A stretch of 64,000 bases of DNA from Chloroflexota bacterium (lineage in GTDB: Bacteria; Chloroflexota; Dehalococcoidia; JABGRK01), in contig JABGRK010000010.1 in NCBI GenBank assembly GCA_018648325.1, positions 8,621 through 72,620 on the forward strand. Direction: 5' to 3'. Positions 20,496 through 30,531 of this stretch are shown piece after piece. Below the pieces are notes generated by a model. That model had not been told where the DNA came from. It did not search any database and worked only from the letters and a program-made list of their open reading frames with translations. How positions within the stretch are numbered: the stretch's first letter is position 1; every line of letters begins with the position of its first letter. The translations under genes and the position numbers were made by a program.

Positions 20496-20747
20496 TTATG
20501 ATGCTTTTTTTTCTTTAGCCTTAGTGTTCTTGGTTCTGGCTTCCATCCTTTTAACAATGTAACCAGTTATCCAAATAGCAACTGCCAGTACGATGAGTAC
20601 TAAAAAGACAACGCCAAAACCAACGCCAGCAACATTCCATGCATCGCTCCAGTTTTGACTTGTAGTTGATATCTTTTCTGCTGCTGCTTTTATCTCATAC
20701 ATAAATAAGCCCCTAAAACACTCTGATAATATTACCATACGCGCCAA
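20496..20747 (-). CDS. OadG/MmdD-like small membrane subunit of a Na+-pumping decarboxylase
   Basis: 83 aa with a single TM (GVGFGVVFLVLIVLAVAIWI) and a basic tail. Positioned first in the gamma-BCCP-beta order. Confidence 0.6.
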   Translation of the reverse strand: MARMVILSECFRGLFMYEIKAAAEKISTTSQNWSDAWNVAGVGFGVVFLVLIVLAVAIWITGYIVKRMEARTKNTKAKEKKAS

Positions 20748-20831
20748 TATGAAGGCAATGCCGAATCAATCAAGCAACACTTGCTTATAACGAGCCTCGT
20801 TACTATAATAGCATCAACCTGTAATTTATAA

Positions 20832-22145
20832 GTGAAGAAGATGGAACAAACAATCAAACAACCCGATAATATCAAAGGGCAAATAAGCCCTCCTGGCGAT
20901 AAGTCCATATCGCATCGCGCACTGATGCTCAACGCCATAGCCGATGGGACAGCCGAGGTCAAAAACTACCTGCCAAGTGCAGATGTAAGCAGCACCATAA
21001 AATGCCTTGAAGCAATGGGCGTAAAGATTGAGGTTTATGACGATAAGCTAATTGTGCACGGCACAGGGCTTGACGGCCTCAAGGAGCCTAACGATATTCT
21101 GGATGCGGGCAACAGCGGCACGTCCATGAGGCTGCTTTCCGGTTTGCTGGCCGCACAACCATTTCTTACCACCATCACCGGCGATGATTCGCTACGCTCG
21201 CGACCAATGGACCGGGTAATCAAGCCACTCAGGCTTATGGGAGCCAGCATTTGGGGGAAAAGCAGCAACGGACTGGCCCCACTGATGATAAAGGGAGCAG
21301 ACCTGCACGGCATAAAATACGAAATGCCCGTGGCCAGCGCGCAGGTCAAATCGGCAATACTACTGGCATCACTTTACGCACAGGGCACAACAACTATCAT
21401 AGAGCCGATAAAGTCCAGGGATCATACCGAACGCATGCTGCGTGCCATGGGTGTAGCACTTAATATCAGCGGAAACGAAATAAGCTGCCTGCCGCCGGCA
21501 AAATCACTTAAGTCTCTGAATATAACCGTACCCGGTGACGTAAGCGCTGCAGCATACTGGCTAGTGGCCGGAGCAATTCATCCCAGCGCCCGCATCGAGA
21601 TAACCAACGTGGGTGTAAACCCGACGCGAAGCGGTATTATAGACGTACTTACAGAAATGGGCGCAAAGATCGAGATCAAAAACGAACACAAGGAAGGCGG
21701 AGAACCAGTCGCCGATCTGATAGTTAAGTCCAGCCAGCTTAAAGGTATAAACATCGAAGGGGATATGATTCCAAGGCTAATCGACGAAATTCCTGTAATA
21801 GCTGTTGCGGCCTCCATGGCCAAAGGTAAAACCACTATACGCGATGCCGGCGAATTGAGGGTGAAGGAAAGCGACAGAATCACCACCACCACTGCCGAAC
21901 TGCAAAAAATGGGTGCCCGCATCGAGGAACTGCTGGATGGAATGGTTATTAACGGCACAGGTAAACTGCGCGGTGCTGAGTGTGACAGCCACGCAGACCA
22001 CAGGCTGGCAATGGCACTGGCAGTAGCAGGGCTCGTTGCCGAGGGTGACACGATGATTTATAATGCGGAGGCAGTAAATATATCCTATCCGGATTTCTGG
22101 AGTGATCTAGATAATTTAACCGGCCAAAATGAGGATAACTCATGA
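20832..22145 (+). CDS. aroA: 3-phosphoshikimate 1-carboxyvinyltransferase (EPSP synthase)
   Basis: PGDKSISHRALML N-terminal motif; 437 aa. The start may be GTG at 20832 or ATG at 20841. Confidence 0.9.
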   Translation: MKKMEQTIKQPDNIKGQISPPGDKSISHRALMLNAIADGTAEVKNYLPSADVSSTIKCLEAMGVKIEVYDDKLIVHGTGLDGLKEPNDILDAGNSGTSMRLLSGLLAAQPFLTTITGDDSLRSRPMDRVIKPLRLMGASIWGKSSNGLAPLMIKGADLHGIKYEMPVASAQVKSAILLASLYAQGTTTIIEPIKSRDHTERMLRAMGVALNISGNEISCLPPAKSLKSLNITVPGDVSAAAYWLVAGAIHPSARIEITNVGVNPTRSGIIDVLTEMGAKIEIKNEHKEGGEPVADLIVKSSQLKGINIEGDMIPRLIDEIPVIAVAASMAKGKTTIRDAGELRVKESDRITTTTAELQKMGARIEELLDGMVINGTGKLRGAECDSHADHRLAMALAVAGLVAEGDTMIYNAEAVNISYPDFWSDLDNLTGQNEDNS

Positions 22146-22429
22146 ATACCCAGCTTATACATATAGGTTTCGGCAATATACTGGCAATCAATCGTGCGGT
22201 AGCCGTCATATCACCGGGATCTGCACCCATCAAGCGTCTGGTGCAGGAGGGCAAGGCAAAAGGGCTGATTATCGACATGACCAGCGGCAGAAAAACAAAA
22301 ACTGTCATTGTCATGGACAGCGGACACCTGGTACTTGCCGCCCTTACGCCGGAAACCATAGCAGGAAGAGTAGTATCCGGCAGGGGAGGCCAAGCCGTCA
22401 AGCCATCGGGAGAGGAAGACAATGTTTAA
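22142..22429 (+). CDS. DUF370 / RemA-like protein
   Basis: 95 aa (IHIGFGNILAINRAVAVISPGSAPIKRL..). It overlaps aroA and gmk, matching the remA-gmk synteny known in Firmicutes. Confidence 0.75.
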   Translation: MNTQLIHIGFGNILAINRAVAVISPGSAPIKRLVQEGKAKGLIIDMTSGRKTKTVIVMDSGHLVLAALTPETIAGRVVSGRGGQAVKPSGEEDNV

Positions 22430-23015
22430 CTCCCTGCTCATCGTGATATCAGGTCCCTCAGGTGCGGGTAAAGATACCGTTATCAACGAAATAAAACGTA
22501 AAAGTGGTTCCATACATCACACAACGACGCTAACTACACGCCCCAAACGCAACGGTGAAAAGGACGGGATCGACTATCATTTTACGTCAGTTAACGATTT
22601 TAAGCGTCTTATTGAACAAGACGGCTTTCTGGAATGGGCCACGGTGTACGGCAACCTGTACGGCACACCCAAAGAGCAGATTCGCCAGGCACTGGCAAAC
22701 GGACTGGATGTAATAACCAAGGTTGATGTTCAGGGGGCACTGGCCATAAAAAAACAGGTGCCCAATGCACTTTTTATCTGGATATCTGCACCGTCTATCG
22801 AAGAACTGGATCAGCGTTTAAGACTGAGAAACAGCGACAGCAAAAAGGATATTGAGCTTAGAATTAAAACAGCGCACGAAGAAATAAAACAATTGCATAA
22901 CTTCGATAACGAGGTAATCAATCGGTCTGGTCACGCCAAAAAAGCAGCAGCCGAGATTATAGATATCATTGCCAAGGAGAAAAACAGGCCAAACCCTCGA
23001 CAGATTACGCTCTGA
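22422..23015 (+). CDS. gmk: Guanylate kinase
   Basis: P-loop ISGPSGAGKDT; 197 aa. Confidence 0.9.
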   Translation: MFNSLLIVISGPSGAGKDTVINEIKRKSGSIHHTTTLTTRPKRNGEKDGIDYHFTSVNDFKRLIEQDGFLEWATVYGNLYGTPKEQIRQALANGLDVITKVDVQGALAIKKQVPNALFIWISAPSIEELDQRLRLRNSDSKKDIELRIKTAHEEIKQLHNFDNEVINRSGHAKKAAAEIIDIIAKEKNRPNPRQITL

Positions 23016-23089
23016 TGCAGTATCATGTCTGCATCTGTTGCCAAATCACACATAATATATTTTCATACTAGAATTTTTTAGGAGGGGAA

Positions 23090-24445
23090 ATGGACACTAA
23101 GATAACCTTAAGCGAAAAAGAGATGCCAACCAAATGGTATAACATTCTGCCCGATCTGCCGGAACCATTGCCAGCAGTACTGCATCCGGGTACAGGCAAT
23201 CCGGTAAGCCCGGATGACTTGGCACCCCTTTTCCCGATGGCGCTGATAATGCAGGAATTCAGCCCTGAAAGCTACATCGAGATACCAGAAGAGGTACAGC
23301 AGATATACAAGATGTGGCGCCCGGCGCCGCTGATCCGGGCCTATAGACTGGAAAAGGCTCTGGGAACACCTGCACATATCTATTATAAATACGAAGGTGT
23401 AAGCCCGGCCGGAAGCCACAAGGTCAATACGTCTATCCCACAAGCATACTATAACAAACAGGAAGGCATAAACCGGATCGCCACCGAGACTGGTGCCGGA
23501 CAGTGGGGCAGCGCCCTTGCCTTGGGTTGCCAGTACTTCGATATAGAGCTCAAGGTCTACATGGTCAAGATAAGCTACGAGCAAAAACCCTATCGCCGCA
23601 TAATGATGGAGACCTGGGGAGCCGAATGCATACCCAGCCCCAGCAACCAGACCAATGCCGGAAGGGCTGTTTTAGAAAACGACCCCGACTGCACAGGCAG
23701 CTTAGGGATTGCCATCAGTGAAGCAGTTGAGGACGCGGCAACCCGCGATGATACGCACTACTCGCTGGGTAGCGTGCTGAACCACGTACTGCTGCATCAG
23801 ACGATCATCGGCGAAGAAGCCATGCTACAGATGGAAAAAGCCGACGCCTATCCCGACGTAGTAATAGGTTGCGTTGGCGGTGGTTCCAACTTCGGCGGTA
23901 TTGCCATTCCCTTCATCAGAGATAAAATTAAAAACGGCAAAAAGACCAAGATCATCGCCGTCGAACCCGCAGCATGTCCCACCCTTACCAAGGGACCATA
24001 TGAATACGACTTCGGCGATGTTGCCGGTATGACCCCACTACTCAAAATGTACACACTGGGACATACCTTTGTGCCGCCCCCGGTACATGCCGGTGGTCTG
24101 CGCTATCACGGCATGTCACCGCTGGTCTGTCACCTGTACAAGCTGGGACTGGTCGAAGCGCGAGCGGTACATCAATTGGGAACCTTCGAGGCTGCACTAC
24201 AGTTCGCCCGCACCGAAGGCATTATACCCGCTCCGGAACCGTCTCATGCAATACGGGTAACAATTGACGAGGCCCTCAAGTGCAAAGAGACCGGCGAAAA
24301 GAAAAACATCCTTTTGGCCCTCTCCGGACACGGCCACTTTGACCTGGCCTCTTACGAAGCATACATGTCGGGCAAGCTGCAGGATTACGCTTATCCCGAG
24401 GATTTGGTCAAGGAAGCACTCACTCACCTGCCAAAAGTTGACTAG
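23090..24445 (+). CDS. TrpB-like PLP-dependent enzyme (tryptophan synthase beta, type 2)
   Basis: 451-aa long-form TrpB with the PLP-lysine region (GSHKVNT), a GGGSNFGG glycine loop, and no adjacent trpA. Confidence 0.82.
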   Translation: MDTKITLSEKEMPTKWYNILPDLPEPLPAVLHPGTGNPVSPDDLAPLFPMALIMQEFSPESYIEIPEEVQQIYKMWRPAPLIRAYRLEKALGTPAHIYYKYEGVSPAGSHKVNTSIPQAYYNKQEGINRIATETGAGQWGSALALGCQYFDIELKVYMVKISYEQKPYRRIMMETWGAECIPSPSNQTNAGRAVLENDPDCTGSLGIAISEAVEDAATRDDTHYSLGSVLNHVLLHQTIIGEEAMLQMEKADAYPDVVIGCVGGGSNFGGIAIPFIRDKIKNGKKTKIIAVEPAACPTLTKGPYEYDFGDVAGMTPLLKMYTLGHTFVPPPVHAGGLRYHGMSPLVCHLYKLGLVEARAVHQLGTFEAALQFARTEGIIPAPEPSHAIRVTIDEALKCKETGEKKNILLALSGHGHFDLASYEAYMSGKLQDYAYPEDLVKEALTHLPKVD

Positions 24446-24555
24446 ATATAGAATCAAATATCCTCCCCTCGCCCTCTCTTTTTGTGGGGAAAGGGGAGGA
24501 TACAATCTAAACGCATTCTTTTAACTTTAGATGAGTTATTTGGGAGACGTTAAAC

Positions 24556-25356
24556 ATGAGTAACAGTCTTGGACCCAGAAACGTAGACAGCATTCTGGCA
24601 GACACCGTCAGAATTTACTGGAACAGTGCGTCAAAGCTACTGAGGATATCAGCTATTATAGGCGTGCCACTAGCTGTACTGGCAGGAGTTTCCAACTATT
24701 GGACGGCAAGAATAGTCTACAATGGCAATATCACCAACTACTCCATCCTGTGGGTAATTATGATACTGGCGCTTGGGTTCATACTTCCGCTCATCGCCGT
24801 GGTGGCATCGGCATTTTCACACGGAGCATTGATGAACGCAGTATCAGAACAATTCGTCAGAGATGACATTGACGTATACCGCTCATTCCGATCAGCATGG
24901 AAAAGGGTTCAGGGGCTTATCGTAGTAACTATCATAGCTACCGTAATCGTATGCGGGCTTTCAATAACGGTGGTGGGCATACCCTTGGCGATATACTACG
25001 CAATACGGTGGATATTCGCCCTGCAGGCAGTACTTTTCGAAGGAATTGCCCCCTTAACAGCGCTCGATCGAAGTTCAAAACTGGTCGAGGACAACTGGTG
25101 GCGCATTTTCGGTATTATGGCTATCCTCGTGATAATCGCGGGAGCAATTGCCATTGGCTTCTTTTTCATACCAACGGTAGGGCTTACCTTATTCATTGCC
25201 GTATTCCTGATTGTATCGCTTCCCATAATCGTTATTGGGAACACTATGCTCTACTTCGACGTGCGGGTACGCAAAGAGGAATACAACAAGGAAACACTGC
25301 TTAAGGAGCTCACAGATGTGGAATCGGGGGTTCACTACCAGCCTCCGCTACTTTAA
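24556..25356 (+). CDS. Polytopic membrane protein (DUF975/GDPD-membrane-domain-like)
   Basis: 266 aa with about 6 predicted TM helices and no catalytic motif. Confidence 0.55.
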   Translation: MSNSLGPRNVDSILADTVRIYWNSASKLLRISAIIGVPLAVLAGVSNYWTARIVYNGNITNYSILWVIMILALGFILPLIAVVASAFSHGALMNAVSEQFVRDDIDVYRSFRSAWKRVQGLIVVTIIATVIVCGLSITVVGIPLAIYYAIRWIFALQAVLFEGIAPLTALDRSSKLVEDNWWRIFGIMAILVIIAGAIAIGFFFIPTVGLTLFIAVFLIVSLPIIVIGNTMLYFDVRVRKEEYNKETLLKELTDVESGVHYQPPLL

Positions 25357-25424
25357 CACACTCGCATGCACCCCATATCATTCCTGTTGACTAAAGATAT
25401 CTCCGGCATATATAGTAGCTTATT

Positions 25425-26468
25425 ATGCAAAAAGTAACCCTTAAACGCACAGGTCTTACCGTATCACGTATAGGATTTGGCGGACTTCCCATCCAGCGCC
25501 TTGATGACCAGAAGGCGATTGCCGTAATTAAACGCTGCCTCAATCTGGGCGTAAATCTCATCGACACCGCCAACGGCTACACCACAAGCGAAGGCAATAT
25601 CGGCAAAGCTATTGCCGATTATCCCCGCGACAAAATAGTTATTGCCAGTAAAACACGCGCGCGGGACTACAAAACAGCAAAAGAGCACATCAAACTCAGC
25701 CTTGAGCGCCTAAATACCGACTACATCGACCTATACGAATTGCACAACGTATCCGACCTGCCGGTGCTGGATCAGATACTTGCCAAGGACGGTGCATTAT
25801 CCGCTCTTCAAGAGGCACAGCAAGCGGGAATTATTAAACACGTTGGTATCTCATCACACGGACACGAAACTGCTCTGGCATCCGCTAAACTGAACTGCTT
25901 TGAAACCCTGATGTATCCGTTCAACTTCATCGGCCACGAACCGGGTCATGAGGTGCTTGCCGCATGCCGCGATAACAACATCGACTTCTTTGCCATGAAA
26001 CCGCTGGGAGGTGGACGTCTCGATAACTCAAACCTGGCCTTCAAGTACCTACTCAACATACCTGATGTTGTACCCTTCGTGGGCATAGAAAAGCCTTCAG
26101 AGATAGAGGAAATCGCAGACATTGAGCAAAACATGGCACCGCTGACACCAGCCGAGCAAAGAGAAATTCAGCAGCTAAGAGATGAGATCGGCGACCGCTT
26201 CTGCCGACGCTGCCGTTACTGCCTGCCCTGCCCCCAGGGCATCGCCATACCCCTGATCAATAATCTGGTCACCATGATCCAACATGACAGTGCAGAAGAT
26301 TGTTTTGGATCAGGCATGATTGCCAAAATGGCTGAAAAAGGCAGGGAGTGTACCGAGTGCGGCGAATGTGAACAGAAATGCCCATACGACCTGCCCATCA
26401 TCCAGATGAATAAGGACAACCTGGCGCTATACGATAAGGCCAAAGCCGAGTATGATAGCGGGCTATAA
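25425..26468 (+). CDS. Aldo/keto reductase fused to a C-terminal 4Fe-4S cluster-binding domain
   Basis: AKR N-terminus (GFGGLPIQRL..DTANGY) and a C-terminal CRRCRYCLPCP plus CTECGECEQKCP. Confidence 0.82.
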   Translation: MQKVTLKRTGLTVSRIGFGGLPIQRLDDQKAIAVIKRCLNLGVNLIDTANGYTTSEGNIGKAIADYPRDKIVIASKTRARDYKTAKEHIKLSLERLNTDYIDLYELHNVSDLPVLDQILAKDGALSALQEAQQAGIIKHVGISSHGHETALASAKLNCFETLMYPFNFIGHEPGHEVLAACRDNNIDFFAMKPLGGGRLDNSNLAFKYLLNIPDVVPFVGIEKPSEIEEIADIEQNMAPLTPAEQREIQQLRDEIGDRFCRRCRYCLPCPQGIAIPLINNLVTMIQHDSAEDCFGSGMIAKMAEKGRECTECGECEQKCPYDLPIIQMNKDNLALYDKAKAEYDSGL

Positions 26469-26478
26469 AAAGGCGCAG

Positions 26479-27753
26479 CTAAAACTGATGATTAGGCTTC
26501 TTTCTGGTTTTAGGCAAGCTCCATATGGATATCATGCCTACTACTGCAATGCCCATTCCGACATACCACGCCAGATCGTAGCTGCCCATCGTATCCCAAA
26601 CCAGCCCTGCCAGTGGTGCTCCCACTATGCTTCCGATACTGCAAAACCCCATCATAAGCCCCATCACAGTGCCAAAATTGCCCCGGCCGAAGTAGGATAT
26701 TATCAAGGGCGGACGCAGTGCATTGTTACCACCATGACCCATACTGTAAAGAACAATGAAAGGAATAATCAGCCAGAAAGCTTTATCAGATACATTAAGA
26801 AACAACACAAAAGCGATCAGCATTGCGGCAAATCCGACTACCACAAGCGTTTTACGCTCACGCCGGTCGGCAAGCCAGCCAAAGCCGAGGCGACTGCCGA
26901 TGGTGGAAAGAGCAACCAACATGGTAATAAATCCGGCCGCAGAACGGTCTATACCCACGCTCTCAAGATAAGGCATTATATTTGTAATAACCCCCGAAAG
27001 CAGTATCATGAGGCAGATGTAAGCAATGGTTATACGCCAGAAAACCCCGTTACTTAAAAGATCCCGCACCTTCCATATTTTCTCAGCAGACGGTTTCTGT
27101 ACGACTTCGGATAAGGGTGGGGCGGATGGTTCCTGTTCCCCATCCGGCAAATATCCGTACGGCTGAGGCCTGTGCCTAAATACTAAAGACAAAGGAGTGA
27201 TAATAACAATTGCGCCCACTGACAACCATAGGAGTGCTTCGCGCCAGCCCTGAGTATCAATCAGCCACCTGGTCAACAGAACGACAACACCGGACAGCCC
27301 GAACCCGATGACAGCAAAGGCGCTGGCAATATTCATTTTTTTGTGGAACCAGTTGGCCACGGCGGACATGGGGACGGTAAGAGTGCAGGTGCTCATGCCC
27401 AAGGCTAAAACCGCAAAAGACAGGTAGAACATCCAAAGCGAATTAATTTGAGACAACATGACCAGACTCAAAGCAACTATGATGGACCCGATAAAAATAA
27501 GCCGTCTGGGGCCATACTTATCAACCAGTTTACCGGCAAACGGCGCAAGCAATCCCGACTCCATCCCGCGAAGACTCACCGAAGATGTAGTAAGCCATCT
27601 GGGCCAGAGGGGAAAACTAACCTCAATGGGCTCTATGAAAGCGGTAAAACCAAAGAAGACAACACCGCCCATGTAGGTAGTGATAATGACCATGGCAGCA
27701 ACTATCCACCAGCCATAGAAAATACGGGGTTGTTTCTTCTTACTCACGCTCAT
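26479..27753 (-). CDS. MFS transporter
   Basis: 424 aa with about 12 TM helices and G-x-L-x-D-R/K-like loops between TM2/3 and TM8/9. Confidence 0.82.
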   Translation of the reverse strand: MSVSKKKQPRIFYGWWIVAAMVIITTYMGGVVFFGFTAFIEPIEVSFPLWPRWLTTSSVSLRGMESGLLAPFAGKLVDKYGPRRLIFIGSIIVALSLVMLSQINSLWMFYLSFAVLALGMSTCTLTVPMSAVANWFHKKMNIASAFAVIGFGLSGVVVLLTRWLIDTQGWREALLWLSVGAIVIITPLSLVFRHRPQPYGYLPDGEQEPSAPPLSEVVQKPSAEKIWKVRDLLSNGVFWRITIAYICLMILLSGVITNIMPYLESVGIDRSAAGFITMLVALSTIGSRLGFGWLADRRERKTLVVVGFAAMLIAFVLFLNVSDKAFWLIIPFIVLYSMGHGGNNALRPPLIISYFGRGNFGTVMGLMMGFCSIGSIVGAPLAGLVWDTMGSYDLAWYVGMGIAVVGMISIWSLPKTRKKPNHQF

Positions 27754-27828
27754 AAATTATATAAGCTCCACTTTACACTCGTTTTACATAGTTCAATATC
27801 ATATTACTTCGTGAACAAATGCGACTGG

Positions 27829-29019
27829 TCACGATTTATTAAATGCCCGCTGCATAGTTTTACCTAGAAACGCCAGCAATCTTCCGCCAAAGGATTGCCT
27901 GCGTACTATTGCATCGTAGCGGCAAACCTCATGGCAACACAAGCATTTTATACACATGCTATCGTTGATCTTGGCTATCTTGCTGCTCATCTTGATAGCA
28001 TGCACAGGGCAAACCTTGGCGCACTCGGCACAGCCGGTGCATTTGACTTTTTTAACGCTGGGCTTAACATCAAGCTGTTTTACAACAAATCCAGCCAGAA
28101 AGCGAGGAGCCTTTTCCACCGCCGCACCGCTTGATGAGGCCGGATGCTTAAAACCCAGAACTTTAACATCATCAATCGCTTGGCCAACCACATCGATACT
28201 ACCCAGATCAGCCACTCCCAAACCACGTTGGGCGGCATACTTAAGAGTGCGCACATCCATAGGGTCAATCCCGATTATGGTAGTAGCAACAGCATCGAGC
28301 GCAACCGCGTCGGCACCGGCCAGCACAACGCCAACTTTGCGTGGACTGCCACCTGCCGGACCCTCTCCCTCCATGGCCATAATCCCATCCATTATGTTTA
28401 AGTGCGGCCTCACCTGTGAAAACACATCCACCAGCATCTGGTTAAAATCAACTCTGGCCATGTAGTCAGCGTGATACCTGCGCCGAATTCCGCCAGGTAA
28501 TACGCCGTACATATTTTTAACAGCGCCAGTAAAGACGGCCAACGAGTGGGTTTTCATCTTTGGTAGATTAATGATTACGTCCGACTCAAGCACTGCTTTG
28601 GATATATATGTCTTATCGAGTGCCATGTTGTTAGCGTCCGATTTCTCTATAAACCCTTCCTCTCTCAGGTTTATCAGCTTCACACCAGCGCGGTCACATG
28701 CCTGACGAATCCCCGATACCTCAAAGCCGTCAGGCGGACCGGAGTCGATGTCATCACCAACGGTTATATCAGTGGTAATTGCTTTTAACAGAGTTACAAC
28801 GGCCTCCACAAAAACAGGATTGGTCACAATACACTTTTCGGCAACCGATGGAGGCGGAAGGTGATTTATCTTTACAAAAACCTTGCTTTGAGGAGGAACA
28901 AAAGAGCTCAAACCCCCAATCAGATCAAGCGCTTCGTCTATATCTATGCTCAGTTCATCACACTTATAAGCGCCTGCTCTCACAAGCGCTATTTTTGCTC
29001 TTTCAGACTTCATATTCAT
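27829..29019 (-). CDS. DUF362 domain protein with a C-terminal 2x4Fe-4S ferredoxin domain
   Basis: DUF362 core followed by CTGCAECAKVCP and CIKCLCCHEVC. Confidence 0.7.
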   Translation of the reverse strand: MNMKSERAKIALVRAGAYKCDELSIDIDEALDLIGGLSSFVPPQSKVFVKINHLPPPSVAEKCIVTNPVFVEAVVTLLKAITTDITVGDDIDSGPPDGFEVSGIRQACDRAGVKLINLREEGFIEKSDANNMALDKTYISKAVLESDVIINLPKMKTHSLAVFTGAVKNMYGVLPGGIRRRYHADYMARVDFNQMLVDVFSQVRPHLNIMDGIMAMEGEGPAGGSPRKVGVVLAGADAVALDAVATTIIGIDPMDVRTLKYAAQRGLGVADLGSIDVVGQAIDDVKVLGFKHPASSSGAAVEKAPRFLAGFVVKQLDVKPSVKKVKCTGCAECAKVCPVHAIKMSSKIAKINDSMCIKCLCCHEVCRYDAIVRRQSFGGRLLAFLGKTMQRAFNKS

Positions 29020-29211
29020 ACTTACTTGGTATTATGCACATTTTGTGACTACTAGGCAAATAAAACTAAACAGACATATTTGCATTAATCTTGATAATTG
29101 TCACGCAATTTCCACTGTTTTTCCATACCGGTATTCGCCTTATCCACCGGCTTTTTCACCATGCACGGTTAGAATTTAATTAGTTGGGGGATGAAAATAA
29201 GGAGGTTGATC

Positions 29212-29361
29212 ATGGAAGAGCACAGAGAAGAAGAAAAAGAACTGGTTAGAGTACGAGTACGCAAACAGCCTCAAAAGATTCTTAAAGCCCTGGAACCGGG
29301 AACCCCCATTGATATCAAAATCAAGGCGTGGGAAGCACCTCGCAGATGGAAATCCTACTAA
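29212..29361 (+). CDS. Small hypothetical protein (49 aa) between the two DUF362 genes
   Basis: Perfect AAGGAGG SD lies 7 nt upstream of the ATG. It falls below the ORF-track size cut-off. Sequence MEEHREEEKELVRVRVRKQPQKILKALEPGTPIDIKIKAWEAPRRWKSY. Confidence 0.4.
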   Translation: MEEHREEEKELVRVRVRKQPQKILKALEPGTPIDIKIKAWEAPRRWKSY

Positions 29362-29448
29362 ACCGGCTTGATAATAACACAACCTATTAAAAGGGCTTCA
29401 AATGAAGCCCTTTTTGACGTCTATTGTGATTCTAAAAGCAATCAGCTA

Positions 29449-30531
29449 CTAAATAGAATCCATCTTGTAATGCACCCCACCAACTTTCAGTTTTTCGGCG
29501 GTATTAAGCTGCACCAGGCTGTTTGTATTATGCATCTGTCCCAGTACATCCGGTGGACCAAACGACACCGTATGCGGAATTATAGGCGACAGGTCTATCA
29601 GATCAAGCGACGCTTTATCCACAGATACCGCATCATCAGAAAATAAAACGCCGATATCAGGAACAATCGGCTGCCCCGATACCTCCATGCAATCGCAATA
29701 AGGCACAATATCCTGTACAAAGTTCATATATCCGATATTGCCTTTGTATGCACCTAAAAAAGCAGCAGTAGCATGAGCCATATAAACCTGTAACAGTTCC
29801 TTGGAACCGGCAGGCCAGACCCATCCCTGGCTCGAGCAGCAGGACAAACAGGTGCCACATGATATGCATTTGACCTCATCCCTGCTCAGACCATCAAACA
29901 CAGCGATCGCACCGGTAGGGCACTCGTCAACACATTGGCCACATAAATCACAGGCCTCCTGATTAAACTGGGGACGGGCAACGTCGTGCTGCAGCCTCTT
30001 GGTTTCGGTGGAAACACATCCCATCGCAAGATTTTTCACCGCACCACCAAAACCGGCAAGCTCATGCCCCTTCACATGAGACAGCGCAATGATGCAATCG
30101 GCATCAAGCAGCACAGCGGGGATTTTCACCTCGTCAAGCTGGCAACCATCAACAGGGTCGTCTATTTTAACCACCACCTGTTTATCGCTATCATCCGCGA
30201 TGACGATAGGTGCGCCTATGCTGCCTTTGCTAAAACCGTTCGTCGCTGCGGTACTAAGGTATTTGCGTTTGGTATCACGACTCCCTGGATACGATGCAAC
30301 GGTATCAAAAAGAAAAGGCTTCCCGCCTTTTTCCTTCACCAGCCTGACCACACTGCTCACAAAAAACGGCCTTAAATAGCGAATATTGCCCAGCTCACCC
30401 ATATGTAATTTGATAGCAACCGACCCTTCATCGGGTATGGCATCGATAAAACCGGACTGCACCAGAAGCCTGTTAATGCCTTCGATATGATCATTGCCTT
30501 TAAGATAATCAAAAAAAAGAACCTGTGACAC
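29449..30531 (-). CDS. DUF362 domain protein with a central 4Fe-4S ferredoxin insert
   Basis: CDLCGQCVDECPTG and CISCGTCLSCC motifs sit mid-protein. It is paralogous to 27829..29019 but with a different domain order. Confidence 0.7.
   Translation of the reverse strand: MSQVLFFDYLKGNDHIEGINRLLVQSGFIDAIPDEGSVAIKLHMGELGNIRYLRPFFVSSVVRLVKEKGGKPFLFDTVASYPGSRDTKRKYLSTAATNGFSKGSIGAPIVIADDSDKQVVVKIDDPVDGCQLDEVKIPAVLLDADCIIALSHVKGHELAGFGGAVKNLAMGCVSTETKRLQHDVARPQFNQEACDLCGQCVDECPTGAIAVFDGLSRDEVKCISCGTCLSCCSSQGWVWPAGSKELLQVYMAHATAAFLGAYKGNIGYMNFVQDIVPYCDCMEVSGQPIVPDIGVLFSDDAVSVDKASLDLIDLSPIIPHTVSFGPPDVLGQMHNTNSLVQLNTAEKLKVGGVHYKMDSI

Noticed and set aside
21578-22051. 157-aa minus-strand ORF inside aroA
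   Set aside because: It is antisense to a high-confidence EPSP synthase gene and has a low-complexity Ser/Ala/Pro-rich translation.
29077-29096. Fur/PerR-box-like TGATAATTGTCA upstream of the 49-aa ORF
   Set aside because: Only one half-site resembles the 7-1-7 Fur consensus. The second arm (GTCACGC) does not match.
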